A stretch of 64,000 bases of DNA from a virus (Duplodnaviria; Caudoviricetes): the IMG/VR virus record IMGVR_UViG_3300044611_001018. One strand, 5' to 3'. Of the stretch, positions 8,869 through 18,778 are shown one piece after another. Position 1 is the first letter of the stretch; each line of letters opens with the position of its first letter. Under the pieces are notes generated by a model, which had not been told where the DNA came from, searched no databases, and saw only the letters and a list, made by a program, of their open reading frames with translations. The position numbers and the translations under genes are program-made.

Positions 8869-9184
8869 CTGAATTTATTGCTTTATCATCTATATAGTAG
8901 TCCGCAGATGGCTTACCCATAATAAGATAATGATATTTGCATCCCCAAATTCTTAATTGAAGTTCAGTAAAGTCTTTCCACCTTGCAGAAGCAAGTTTAG
9001 CGTCATCTTGATATGTTCCCATACCTCTTGCAGTAAAATATTTGATTATATGACCTTCATCATATAATTTGTTTATCCTTTCAATATTTTCTATTATAGG
9101 AACAGATGACTCATATTTACAAGTTTTGCATATCCCATTTTGTTTAGCAATTACACCATCAATATCAATACAATATGTTTTCAT
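8852..9184 (-). CDS. Small HAD-superfamily phosphatase
   Basis: MKTYCIDIDGVI (DxD), FTARG, GKP..DYYIDDK; start moved to ATG at 9184. Confidence 0.8.
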   Translation of the reverse strand: MKTYCIDIDGVIAKQNGICKTCKYESSVPIIENIERINKLYDEGHIIKYFTARGMGTYQDDAKLASARWKDFTELQLRIWGCKYHYLIMGKPSADYYIDDKAINSDDFFK

Positions 9185-9203
9185 TTTAATATACCTCCAA
9201 GTA

Positions 9204-10280
9204 TTATATGTTTGAGTGATATGTAAATTGAGCATATCCAAGAGATGTCCCTTCATCTCCACACATTGGTTCTATGTATAATTCAACATCTTTTGGAAGA
9301 ATATTTAGATATTCGTAGTTAGCAACACAATTTAAAGCACACCCACCACTCAAGACTATTTTTTTTATTCCAGTAAACTGATAAGATTTTAAAATTAAAT
9401 TTGACATATATGATTCAAAATCCTTTTGCATTCTATATGCTAAATTTGCTGCTATTTTAAATTTATTTTTATTGTTCATCCATATACTAGCATCATTTGC
9501 ACCAAAGTCAATATAATCATATGGAATTAGATTGGCACCAAATGTAGACTTATAGAATAATTTAGAATTTATTGTGCCATCTAAATTTAAAAAAGATTTA
9601 ATATTGGGATCATATTCACCATATGACGATAATCCCATCAATTTTCCAGAATTTTGAGATCCAAGACCAAGATGAGATGCAACTGCAGGATATGCCATGC
9701 CAATACCCATATCCCACTCACCATGATGCTCGGAATTATTCTTTGATATAGTACTATATTTTAAACTAGTACCACAATGTATTAAATTAAATTTATCTGG
9801 ATACTCTACAATATATACAGATTCAAATTCATGGTCGTCCAAATTACCAAATCCAGTTGTAGTTTCATTTCCAAGACCATCAACTACAATTACTACAGCT
9901 TTATCAAATCCAGAATTATAAAATCCAGTGCAGGCATGTAAAATATGATGCTTATCAGATATAGACATCATATTAGTCAATTGATTTAAATTATTATAAC
10001 CAATTTTGTTGGTCATAACTTTTGTAATAACGTTCCTATAAAATGCCCACATATCGTCAACAATATGTTGATACTTTTTTGAATAGTAGGATAGAGAACA
10101 AAAACAATAATTATCATATTCAAAAAATTTATGGGATAAAAATTCAAATACTTTTGAAGGCCACCCATCTTTTTTTATCCTACTAAGTCTCTCTTCACTT
10201 AAATGTGTATCAATTTTTCCAGTACCATCAACTATAGTAATTGAAGCATCATGACTCAGATTAATTCCAATGTAATTCAT
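9204..10280 (-). CDS. Carbamoyltransferase N-terminal (Kae1-like) domain only
   Basis: SHDAS, EERLSRIK, HHILHA, LSGGCALNC, GDEGTSLG, then stop; no C-terminal domain. Confidence 0.8.
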   Translation of the reverse strand: MNYIGINLSHDASITIVDGTGKIDTHLSEERLSRIKKDGWPSKVFEFLSHKFFEYDNYCFCSLSYYSKKYQHIVDDMWAFYRNVITKVMTNKIGYNNLNQLTNMMSISDKHHILHACTGFYNSGFDKAVVIVVDGLGNETTTGFGNLDDHEFESVYIVEYPDKFNLIHCGTSLKYSTISKNNSEHHGEWDMGIGMAYPAVASHLGLGSQNSGKLMGLSSYGEYDPNIKSFLNLDGTINSKLFYKSTFGANLIPYDYIDFGANDASIWMNNKNKFKIAANLAYRMQKDFESYMSNLILKSYQFTGIKKIVLSGGCALNCVANYEYLNILPKDVELYIEPMCGDEGTSLGYAQFTYHSNI

Positions 10281-11050
10281 AATCCCTCAATATCAGATTC
10301 AGTAAGAACGTAGCATCCATAATTTTGAACTGCTATTGCAGATGCTTTGTTTGCAATAACAATAGCAGAAGTAATATCTTGATATCTCAAATAAGCATAA
10401 GTCAATGCAGATAAAAAAGTATCTCCAGCACCAACTACATCAAATACATTTACTTTTTCCGTAAAATAAAGGTTATCCATATATGATGCTCCATTTTCAC
10501 CAAGAGTGATAATAAGATTTTCTTTATCTGGTTTTTTTAAAAGTCTACTATATTCCTTTTGATTAATTTTAAAAAATACATTTGGATAACTAAACAACGA
10601 GGTTTTTTTAGTATCAATAAAAACTGGTCCAGAAAAATTTTGGCAAAAAACCTCCAGATCATTAGTTGTTAAATACCCCTTATCATAATCAGATATTACA
10701 ACAGCATCATATTGCATGTGAAGAAATGCAGATTTAACTTCAGATACTCTAAGTGGATCAACTTTATCTTCATCATCAATCCTAAGTAATTGTTGATTGC
10801 TATTTTTATCTACTATTCGCCTTTTAATAATACGATTTTTATTTGTAATATGATTTACAAATACTCCAAAAGATTCTAAATTTTTTTTGACATTTGCAGA
10901 CATACCTAAAGAGGTTTCTGTTCTCTCATAACTTAGAACAGGAACAGGAGCTTCTGGACTAATTCTATCTACTGTTCCATAAACATATTCATCCTCACAG
11001 GTTTCCCCGATCAATAATACTTTGAATTGTTTTTGTTGTTGAATATCCAT
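10277..11050 (-). CDS. PfkB-family kinase, HldE heptose-7-phosphate kinase domain
   Basis: RISPEAPVPV, ISDYDKG, DVVGAGDTF. Confidence 0.88.
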   Translation of the reverse strand: MDIQQQKQFKVLLIGETCEDEYVYGTVDRISPEAPVPVLSYERTETSLGMSANVKKNLESFGVFVNHITNKNRIIKRRIVDKNSNQQLLRIDDEDKVDPLRVSEVKSAFLHMQYDAVVISDYDKGYLTTNDLEVFCQNFSGPVFIDTKKTSLFSYPNVFFKINQKEYSRLLKKPDKENLIITLGENGASYMDNLYFTEKVNVFDVVGAGDTFLSALTYAYLRYQDITSAIVIANKASAIAVQNYGCYVLTESDIEGL

Positions 11051-11402
11051 GAATTCTATCGAAAAATTTTAATTGTTTTGCATATTCGCTTCCGATTACT
11101 TTTTTATTTTTATAATCGCTGCCTACAATCATTATATCGGGATTAAATCCTTTTATCAAATTTTCCAACTCTTCATCAGTAGAAAACAATTCAACTTGGT
11201 CAACAGGTTTTAACATCCTTAAAAAGAATCTGCGTTCATCTTGATTATGTATTGGTCTGAATTGACCTTTTTTTTCCTTTACTCTTTCATCAGTGTCTAT
11301 GGCAACGATCAAATAATCACCATAGGACTTTGCAAAGTTTAATAATTGCAAGTGTCCCAGGTGTAAAATATCAAAAGTTCCATTAACAAAGATTTTTTTC
11401 AT
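10995..11402 (-). CDS. Cytidylyltransferase-like, HldE adenylyltransferase domain
   Basis: GTFDILHLGH, KGQFRPI, GSDY, YSTTKTI. Confidence 0.88.
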   Translation of the reverse strand: MKKIFVNGTFDILHLGHLQLLNFAKSYGDYLIVAIDTDERVKEKKGQFRPIHNQDERRFFLRMLKPVDQVELFSTDEELENLIKGFNPDIMIVGSDYKNKKVIGSEYAKQLKFFDRIHGYSTTKTIQSIIDRGNL

Positions 11403-11404
11403 AA

Positions 11405-13210
11405 TCAATCAGTATTTTTTACTACAATTAACCTATTATATTCTGGAAGATATAGGTATTCAATTTTAGAATTTGCAAGTGTGCGAAGAGCATCATCTAA
11501 AGTTTCAACCAAAGGTTCTCCACCTAAATTAAATGATGTATTAAAAATTATTGGGCATCCAGTTTGATTATAAAATTCATTAATTAATCCATAATAATGG
11601 AGATTAACATCTTCAGTAACTGTTTGGATTCTACAAGTACCATCAACATGAATAATTGCAGGTATTTTTTCTTCAATTCCATCCTGACACTTAACAGCAT
11701 ACATCATAAATGGAGTATCTTCCATTCCACGAAGATCAAACCAATCATGAACATGCTCTTTAAGAATTGACCCAGCAAATGGGCGGAAGTATTCTCTTCG
11801 TTTTACAAGATTTACATGGTCTTTACCATTTAGGTCTCTTGGATCATATAGAATAGATCGATTACCCAGTGCTCTAGGTCCCGCTTCCGATTTCCCTTGG
11901 AACAAAGCAACAATATTTTTTTCAGTAATTAATTTTACAACATCACTATACTGAACTCCTTCAATTATTTTAGTAGCACCATATTTGTTACAGGTGTCTT
12001 CAATTTCTTCATCAGAATAATTATATTCTGGACCATAATATAGATTAGTAATTCTATTCATAATATTCATATTACCATTTATTTGATGATGAATTAAAAG
12101 AGCTGCTCCAATTGCAGTTCCAGCATCATTACTGACAGGTTCAACAAAAAGATTTATACCATCTTTTTTAAGTTTATCAAGATACCAGTAATTAGCAACA
12201 CAATTTAATCCATATCCACCAGAAAGAACAACATTTTTATTACCAGAAATCTCAACGGCTTTATAAATCAAATCAAGAACCATTTGTTGAGATTCTACCT
12301 GAATGGCATATGCCAAATCTCTTCTATTTTGAAGTTTAGTTAAATCCTCACAATCTTTGGGGGTGGTTAGAAATTCATATCGACCTTCATTAACAACAGC
12401 ACCATTCGGATAAGTTGGAACTATAACATTTCTATCAGCAGTTTTCCAAGACCCACCACCACCATCAGTATAAATTTTTGGTACATTTTTATTTGGTTTT
12501 CCGTATGGGAATAAACCCATAGTTTTACCAGCTTCAATAGGTGCCCATCCACAATACTGAGTTACTGCTTCATATGCCTTTGTAATTCCAGCACTCTCAT
12601 CAAGAATTAATTCATGAGTACCTTCTTCACCCTCACCGTCGCTGGGAAATTCTTTAATTTTAGCAGACCCCCAAGGACCTCTTCCCGCTTGGTGTTTATA
12701 TAATGTTTTAAAATTTGCAGGATACCCACAAGAAAATATTGACTCCAACTCCCAAGTCATTTCTAATTCATTTTTTCTACCAAAGCTCATCGGGATGAAT
12801 GTTCCAGCACCATCAACAACTAAAGACACAGCACTATCAAATCCAGATCTGTAAAAAGCACAGGCAGCATGTAATTTATGATGGGTTCTACTCAAATCAA
12901 TTACTTGAGGATGATTATATGGATCTTCATTTCTACTAATCAGTCCAAGCTTTCTTGCAAGTCCCGTATAGATATCATCTCCAGTAAAATCAATTCTTCC
13001 AGAATCTCCAAGTGGTTGAGTATGTGCAATTACAAGATAGTCAAGTTTATCAGTATATTCTAATATCTTTACCATAGAGGCAAGAGGTCCACCATCATAC
13101 TTATGCCTGGATAATCTCTCTTCTTCTATAGAAATAACCAGTTCACCATCTTTAAGTAAACAAATGCCAGAGTTATGCCCTCTGGCAACAGCAGCAATCC
13201 ATTGTGTCAT
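11405..13210 (-). CDS. Carbamoyltransferase, NodU/CmcH family (full length)
   Basis: GHNSG, EEERLSRHK, HHKLHA, NDAG, GPRALGNRS, KRREYFRPFA, NTSFNLGGEP. Confidence 0.93.
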   Translation of the reverse strand: MTQWIAAVARGHNSGICLLKDGELVISIEEERLSRHKYDGGPLASMVKILEYTDKLDYLVIAHTQPLGDSGRIDFTGDDIYTGLARKLGLISRNEDPYNHPQVIDLSRTHHKLHAACAFYRSGFDSAVSLVVDGAGTFIPMSFGRKNELEMTWELESIFSCGYPANFKTLYKHQAGRGPWGSAKIKEFPSDGEGEEGTHELILDESAGITKAYEAVTQYCGWAPIEAGKTMGLFPYGKPNKNVPKIYTDGGGGSWKTADRNVIVPTYPNGAVVNEGRYEFLTTPKDCEDLTKLQNRRDLAYAIQVESQQMVLDLIYKAVEISGNKNVVLSGGYGLNCVANYWYLDKLKKDGINLFVEPVSNDAGTAIGAALLIHHQINGNMNIMNRITNLYYGPEYNYSDEEIEDTCNKYGATKIIEGVQYSDVVKLITEKNIVALFQGKSEAGPRALGNRSILYDPRDLNGKDHVNLVKRREYFRPFAGSILKEHVHDWFDLRGMEDTPFMMYAVKCQDGIEEKIPAIIHVDGTCRIQTVTEDVNLHYYGLINEFYNQTGCPIIFNTSFNLGGEPLVETLDDALRTLANSKIEYLYLPEYNRLIVVKNTD

Positions 13211-13220
13211 ATATTATTCC

Positions 13221-14345
13221 TCACTTAAGATTTTTTAGAACGTCAGTTACTTGAGAATTTAAATTTGAATTTGAAGATGTATTTTGAAGTTGATTCAAAA
13301 ATCCTTTAGATTTTTTAATCATAGGTTTATTATTGCCAGAAGGCAAGTTTAATGGGGGAGTTGTTGGTTGAGTGTTTCTGGTATTATTATAATTTGTATA
13401 GGCAACAGATTTGCCCATTCTTTTACGAACAGATTCAATGACAGTTTTTATCTGTTCTTTTGTCATTTCCATTGCCTGATCATTATATCTATCAACTTCC
13501 TCATCCATAGAAATTCTAATTGGGGCATATTTCCTTCTATCAAATCCAATATCAATTATATCAAAATCTTTACTATTTGGATAAGATATATTAATTGGAT
13601 ATGTAGAACCAGTTACAACGGTTGCAGTTTTACCAAATGCCTTTGCAATATGTTGTCCAACACTATCACACCCCAAGAAATGGTCTGCAGCATTTATAAT
13701 TCCAGCCCAAAGTCTAATGTCCGTGATTTGGGGTCTGGCAACTTTATAATTAGAATTTTCTTCATTCTCTTCTAGTGGAAAATGAACTTCACTCATAATA
13801 ACAATACCATAATCCTTCTTAAGTTCATTGATAATATCAACAATACTTGTTAAAGAAAAACTTCTTGAGGATGGATCAGCAATAAAATCACTTCCTACTT
13901 GTTCAATAGATCTACCAAAAGGTTGGACAACTAGTACTTTATCTTTCCCAGTTACTGTTTTAACTTCTTCTATAGTATTAAATCCAGTAATTGCTTCCAT
14001 CTTGCTCAAATGTATAGATGGATCTTTAAGTTCTCTTGGTTCATCAAGATTATTAATGATAATATCAAAAGCTTGAGACAAGCTACATTTTTGATTATAG
14101 TAATTCCACTCTCTATAGGGTTCAGGACTTACACAATCTCTAGGTTTAATATATTCTTCAAAAAGTCCCTTATGCCAATTGTCATAAACTTTATTATGAA
14201 GTACGGGATGTCCCTTAAAAAAATCTGTTCCCCCCTCACAAACAATTATAAAATCATCATGGGTTTCTGCATATTTTTCAAGTGCAGGGATAGAACAAAC
14301 AACTCTGCCAGCTCCACCATTAATAAAAAATGCTTTTGATCTCAT
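13221..14345 (-). CDS. GT9-like (heptosyltransferase-type) glycosyltransferase
   Basis: GGAGRVVCSIPAL start and FLGCDSVGQHIAKAFGKTATVVTGST, resembling the GT9 motif F.G.DSG..HLA.A.G.P.V.L.G.T. Confidence 0.6.
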   Translation of the reverse strand: MRSKAFFINGGAGRVVCSIPALEKYAETHDDFIIVCEGGTDFFKGHPVLHNKVYDNWHKGLFEEYIKPRDCVSPEPYREWNYYNQKCSLSQAFDIIINNLDEPRELKDPSIHLSKMEAITGFNTIEEVKTVTGKDKVLVVQPFGRSIEQVGSDFIADPSSRSFSLTSIVDIINELKKDYGIVIMSEVHFPLEENEENSNYKVARPQITDIRLWAGIINAADHFLGCDSVGQHIAKAFGKTATVVTGSTYPINISYPNSKDFDIIDIGFDRRKYAPIRISMDEEVDRYNDQAMEMTKEQIKTVIESVRKRMGKSVAYTNYNNTRNTQPTTPPLNLPSGNNKPMIKKSKGFLNQLQNTSSNSNLNSQVTDVLKNLK

Positions 14346-14385
14346 TAGATAACCTCAGTTAAAAATTATTAATCCTGTGTATTTA

Positions 14386-14991
14386 TTACATGAACATGAT
14401 CTGGACTAATCGATCATGATTTTTAAACATATTTCTATCCATAATGGCTCCATGAACCATATTTGCATCATACAATACTGCCTTATTATACTCCATTTTT
14501 GAGGCATATTCAATCTTTGTTCTGTCATATTTTTCATCATATGAATAAAATTCAGTACCACCAGCACATTCATTTGGGGTATTTAAATACACAACACAAG
14601 CCCATTTATTATCTGGACCATCAACATGGGCAATATATTCCCTTCCATCTTCTATTATTTCTTTATTGTTTGTGACATTAACCATAAACCTCATTCCAGA
14701 CCAACGATATTCGTGATGTTTTTTTTCAAATTTAATGTGCCATCCAGAATGACTGCACAATTGTTCAAACACATCCTTCATAAAAAAAGATAATCTCAAA
14801 TCATCCTCACATACTCTACGACCTATAGAATATGCTAAGAGATCTTGATTATCTTTTTTTGTATATTTTTTTGATTTTAATGCATACTCACGAACACCAT
14901 CTGGATTAAGATAAAAATTTTTTATCTCAAATAATTGCTTTCCATTAACAACTTTAATTTTTACATTTAAATTTGAATTTAATTCAAACAT
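14386..14991 (-). CDS. 2OG-Fe(II) oxygenase-like protein (DUF6445-like)
   Basis: NFYLNPD, AHVD, WACVVYL, GTEFY, NKAVLY...HG; paralog of 988-1473. Confidence 0.7.
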   Translation of the reverse strand: MFELNSNLNVKIKVVNGKQLFEIKNFYLNPDGVREYALKSKKYTKKDNQDLLAYSIGRRVCEDDLRLSFFMKDVFEQLCSHSGWHIKFEKKHHEYRWSGMRFMVNVTNNKEIIEDGREYIAHVDGPDNKWACVVYLNTPNECAGGTEFYSYDEKYDRTKIEYASKMEYNKAVLYDANMVHGAIMDRNMFKNHDRLVQIMFM

Positions 14992-15527
14992 TACAATAAA
15001 GGAATAGAACCATAATTTTTAGTCGGCATATTAAGTTCATAGCAACTTTCTGGCATTACATCAAATCCAATAGTAATTCGTTTACCAGAATATTTTGATT
15101 TATTAACTACTCTATGGCGTATATTACCACGTCCAAAATATATATTTCCTACTTCATTTTCAATGTTCCAATCTCCAAATTCAGTAGTTGTATCCTGAGG
15201 TTCTATTGAAACATACCCATGATAAGGTGCCGAATGATTGTGCCAATCTAATACTTGATCATAATCATGATAATTTAACCAAGATTGCATCCAAACTTTA
15301 TCTTCTTTTATATTTTCTCTGATTATATCATTTAGTTTTTTAAAAATATTCCAAAAATGAATGGATGGAGAAGATACACTAAAGATATTATACAAATAAT
15401 AATTCCAAGTAGTATCTCCAAATCCATCAGAAAGCAAAGATTGGTGGCAAAAACTTGCCACCTTTATAATCTCTGCTTGATTTTCTTTTATATAATCAAA
15501 TTTGTATAATTTATAATCTTGATTCAT
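14991..15527 (-). CDS. Putative 2OG-Fe(II) oxygenase
   Basis: QSWLN, WHNH, HRV, RITIGFD. Confidence 0.65.
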   Translation of the reverse strand: MNQDYKLYKFDYIKENQAEIIKVASFCHQSLLSDGFGDTTWNYYLYNIFSVSSPSIHFWNIFKKLNDIIRENIKEDKVWMQSWLNYHDYDQVLDWHNHSAPYHGYVSIEPQDTTTEFGDWNIENEVGNIYFGRGNIRHRVVNKSKYSGKRITIGFDVMPESCYELNMPTKNYGSIPLL

Positions 15528-15545
15528 ATTAAAAATAAAGCAAAA

Positions 15546-16256
15546 TCAAATAGTTAATCCACCATTAGTTGGTTCTTTTATTGCGTCTGGATTTTCTGGG
15601 AACATATAGTATGCAATATTAGGAGGAACTCCATTAGATTGCATTATTTCTGGAAAATCTCTTAACTTCTGACGATATTCCTTCCAAGCATCCTTCAATG
15701 TTTGTGGCATATCTTCAGTAACTCTACCATCTGTTCCTTGTAAGTGACCATCTCTGTGGCGTCTAATATCATCCCAAGTTAGATCAGTATCTCTGTCCAA
15801 TAATTTTTGAATTACTGTCCAGGTTTTAATTGTAAGTTCACCATCAACAACTTTTACGGAGTACTTATCATAAATATCACCAGGCATTAATGGTGTTTGA
15901 TAGGTAAATTGAGGAAATCCATCAATTTCTGGAGATTGTTCATGTACAACTTCTCCAGTATATTGCTCTTCTAATTCATTTATTGGTTGTCCTCTTAATT
16001 GACAAATCAAAGGATTTGTTGTGCAGTCAACCTCAAACCATTCTACAACATCCTCTGGCATTGGTCTGCCGTCAAGGATATCATCTTCGATCAATGGACC
16101 ATACTTTTCTGTTCCATCTTCACCAATTTGAAGATAGATTTTATCTGGACCATCATATGCAGATGTTCTAGTGTTTCCTTCGCTAAATGAATGATCTACC
16201 AAAAAATTATTAGGTAATGGTAGTTCATATTCTACGTGAATGATCTCTGTTGCCAT
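15546..16256 (-). CDS. Tail fibre assembly chaperone-like protein
   Basis: IRRHRDGHLQGTD...WKEYRQKLRDFP, typical of phage tail assembly chaperones. Confidence 0.75.
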   Translation of the reverse strand: MATEIIHVEYELPLPNNFLVDHSFSEGNTRTSAYDGPDKIYLQIGEDGTEKYGPLIEDDILDGRPMPEDVVEWFEVDCTTNPLICQLRGQPINELEEQYTGEVVHEQSPEIDGFPQFTYQTPLMPGDIYDKYSVKVVDGELTIKTWTVIQKLLDRDTDLTWDDIRRHRDGHLQGTDGRVTEDMPQTLKDAWKEYRQKLRDFPEIMQSNGVPPNIAYYMFPENPDAIKEPTNGGLTI

Positions 16257-16294
16257 AATAGTTTCTGTTTTGTTCAGGTTTTCTCCCTCGTTAA

Positions 16295-16331
16295 TATTTA
16301 TAATAAAAAAAGGTATGGTTTCCCATACCCC
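16295..16331 (-). promoter_or_regulatory. Intrinsic terminator followed by T4-type late promoter
   Basis: GGTATGG-GAAA-CCATACC-T7 hairpin then TATAAATA (16302-16295). Confidence 0.7.
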
Positions 16332-16366
16332 AATAAAACTTCCTTCACACGGATATATTTATTATA

Positions 16367-17155
16367 CTACACAAAAGTAATTTTAACAAGTCCTGGTCCA
16401 CCAGTTCCACCTTGTCCACAACAAGAAGATCCACAATAATTAGTCATTCCATTCTGTCCACCATGTCCATATGGAACAGTCCAACATCCACAACGCATCC
16501 AGCAAAAGTTATTAACTTGCATTACATTTGTTCCAATAAATGGTGCTGCAGATGGAATGCTATACTTTCCGTGACAATGACATGCCCAACCTTTTGGTCT
16601 CCAATAAATTGATTGGTGATTTCCCATTCCAAAATCACCTCCCATAGCACCAGGAGACATGCAACACCTACCGTTAGTAGAATAACAAGCTAATGACCAA
16701 TTATTTTCAGCAAATCCATACTCTCCGCCAATAGCACAAAAATTACTTAAATTACAACCATTCACAAAGGAAGCACAACCAGCACATGCAGTAGTCTCAA
16801 ATGAACAACATGGATAAACACCACCAGCACAAATTGTATAAGTCCAACCTGGACATACATCAATCGTTTTTGTATTATAGTATCCTCCCTGAGCACCAGC
16901 GTATATGTGACATCTGCTGCAAGAGCAGGCACCTGATCCATTGCCACCAGAACCCCAAAGCTCAAAAGTAACTCTTCTTACGTTAGTGGGAACTGTCCAA
17001 AGACAGCAGCATCCACTAGAAGTAGATCCTGGAGCACCATGAAACCATTTAACGCACCAAGTATCTAATCCAGTTGGATTAAGTGCAGAAGGAGTTATTG
17101 TGTTATCTGGAATTGATGCTCCATCAATTTTTTTGTAACTAGCATAAGTTGCCAT
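16367..17155 (-). CDS. Cys/Gly-rich protein, paralog 3 (26 Cys of 262 aa)
   Basis: MATYASYKK, GCCCLWTVP, FELWG.GG.G, CSC.RC, CWMRCGC, GQGGTGG.GLVKIT; Gly-rich tail-type framework. Confidence 0.8.
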   Translation of the reverse strand: MATYASYKKIDGASIPDNTITPSALNPTGLDTWCVKWFHGAPGSTSSGCCCLWTVPTNVRRVTFELWGSGGNGSGACSCSRCHIYAGAQGGYYNTKTIDVCPGWTYTICAGGVYPCCSFETTACAGCASFVNGCNLSNFCAIGGEYGFAENNWSLACYSTNGRCCMSPGAMGGDFGMGNHQSIYWRPKGWACHCHGKYSIPSAAPFIGTNVMQVNNFCWMRCGCWTVPYGHGGQNGMTNYCGSSCCGQGGTGGPGLVKITFV

Positions 17156-17174
17156 TGTGATTTATTCTCCTTCT

Positions 17175-17969
17175 TTAAAAATAGGTAATTTTAACAAGAC
17201 CTGGACCACCTGTGCCACCTTGCCCACAGTTACCACCACAGTAAGTGCTGTGTCCATTCTGACCCCCATTACCATAAGGAACTGTCCAACAACCACAACG
17301 AATCCAACATTCTCTAAGAGACATTGTTACGTTTGTGCCGATTAGGGCTGCTCCACTCGCATACCAGGCATAATTGTAACAATGGCAGAATCCCCTATCA
17401 TAAACAAACTCTCCTCCACTGAAATTTCCAGATTGCGTGGGCTGATACCAATCTCCTCCATCATCTCCAGGTTGTCTGCAGCAATAATTTTCCGAGTTAC
17501 ATAACGCAGGCCAGTTATCATTTGAATAACCATCATGACCACCAATGGCACAAAAATTACTCAAATTATACCCATTTACATACGATGAACACCCAAAACA
17601 TGCGCGACATTCTATTGAATAACATGGATATACACCACCAGCACAAACAGTATATTGACATCCTGGAGCAGTATTAATGGTTTTTACATTATAATATCCA
17701 CCAGCAGCACCCATTGCGTGTTGGCATCTATTACATGAGCATGAACCTCCACCATTACCACCAGAACCCCACAATTGAATGTGAAGTTTCTTTACTCCAG
17801 AAGGAACTGTCCAAAGGCAACAACATCCACTAGAACATGCCCCTGGATTCCCAAAAAACCATTTAACTCCATATGCAGTGTTGAGTGGCGAGGAAAAGTC
17901 AGCAGCATCCACTGAAGCAGTAGTAAGAGATTCTGAACTAATTTTTTTGTAGCTTGAGTATGTTGCCAT
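17175..17969 (-). CDS. Cys/Gly-rich protein, paralog 2 (24 Cys of 264 aa)
   Basis: Same motif order as neighbours. Confidence 0.8.
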   Translation of the reverse strand: MATYSSYKKISSESLTTASVDAADFSSPLNTAYGVKWFFGNPGACSSGCCCLWTVPSGVKKLHIQLWGSGGNGGGSCSCNRCQHAMGAAGGYYNVKTINTAPGCQYTVCAGGVYPCYSIECRACFGCSSYVNGYNLSNFCAIGGHDGYSNDNWPALCNSENYCCRQPGDDGGDWYQPTQSGNFSGGEFVYDRGFCHCYNYAWYASGAALIGTNVTMSLRECWIRCGCWTVPYGNGGQNGHSTYCGGNCGQGGTGGPGLVKITYF

Positions 17970-17973
17970 TTTT

Positions 17974-18759
17974 TTAACTGTATGTAATTTTTACAAGACC
18001 TGCACCACCAGTTCCACCTTGTCCACAACAAGAAGTTCCACAATAAGTAGTCGTAGCACCTTGTCCCCCAGTGCCATATGGAACTCTCCAACATCCACAA
18101 CGCATCCAGCAGAGAGCCATTGCTTGAGATGTTCCACTACCTCCAGCAAGGAATGGTGCATTAGTTGTACAAGTCCAGTGGTAATTACAATGGCAAAAGA
18201 TAGATCCACCCCAATGACCTCTGTGATTGCCCATTCCAAAATCCCCATCAAAAGTTTGTGGGGCGACACAGCAATGCCAGTCGGAATAGCAACCTTCTTG
18301 CCAGTTAGTCTCTGCTCTTCCAGTATCACCACCAATGGCACAAAAATTACTTAAATTACAACCATTGACATAAGATGAGCATCCATTACATGCGGTACAT
18401 TCAAATGAACAACATGGATAAACACCAGCAGCACAAATGGTATAAGTCCAACCTGGAGTTACGCTAATTGTTTTGCTATTATAAAATCCACCGCCAGCAC
18501 CTTGATAGTGATGACAACGACTACATGAACAAGCACCGTGTCCGTTACCACCAGCACCCCAAAGTTCAAAGGTAACTCTTTTTACTCCAGAAGGAACCGT
18601 CCAGAGACAGCAACATCCAGGAGAACACATATTTGGTTGACCAAATACATGGAAGACATTGTAAGCATATCCAGCACCAGATTGAAGAGCTGATGTTGCA
18701 ACAGTTCCATCAACAATTTGACCAGATACTATTTTTTTGTAACTTCCGTATGATGCCAT
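17974..18759 (-). CDS. Cys/Gly-rich protein, paralog 1 (27 Cys of 261 aa)
   Basis: Same motif order as neighbours. Confidence 0.8.
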   Translation of the reverse strand: MASYGSYKKIVSGQIVDGTVATSALQSGAGYAYNVFHVFGQPNMCSPGCCCLWTVPSGVKRVTFELWGAGGNGHGACSCSRCHHYQGAGGGFYNSKTISVTPGWTYTICAAGVYPCCSFECTACNGCSSYVNGCNLSNFCAIGGDTGRAETNWQEGCYSDWHCCVAPQTFDGDFGMGNHRGHWGGSIFCHCNYHWTCTTNAPFLAGGSGTSQAMALCWMRCGCWRVPYGTGGQGATTTYCGTSCCGQGGTGGAGLVKITYS

Positions 18760-18778
18760 TTTTTAAACCATTTGTTAC

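Noticed and set aside
9184-9204. Frameshift or readthrough completing the short carbamoyltransferase
   Set aside because: Downstream sequence encodes a HAD protein, with no C-terminal domain motifs
8852-9262. Extended starts in the ORF track (also 39632-41176, 46949-47842, 53933-54328)
   Set aside because: Extensions overlap upstream genes; family motifs begin at downstream ATGs
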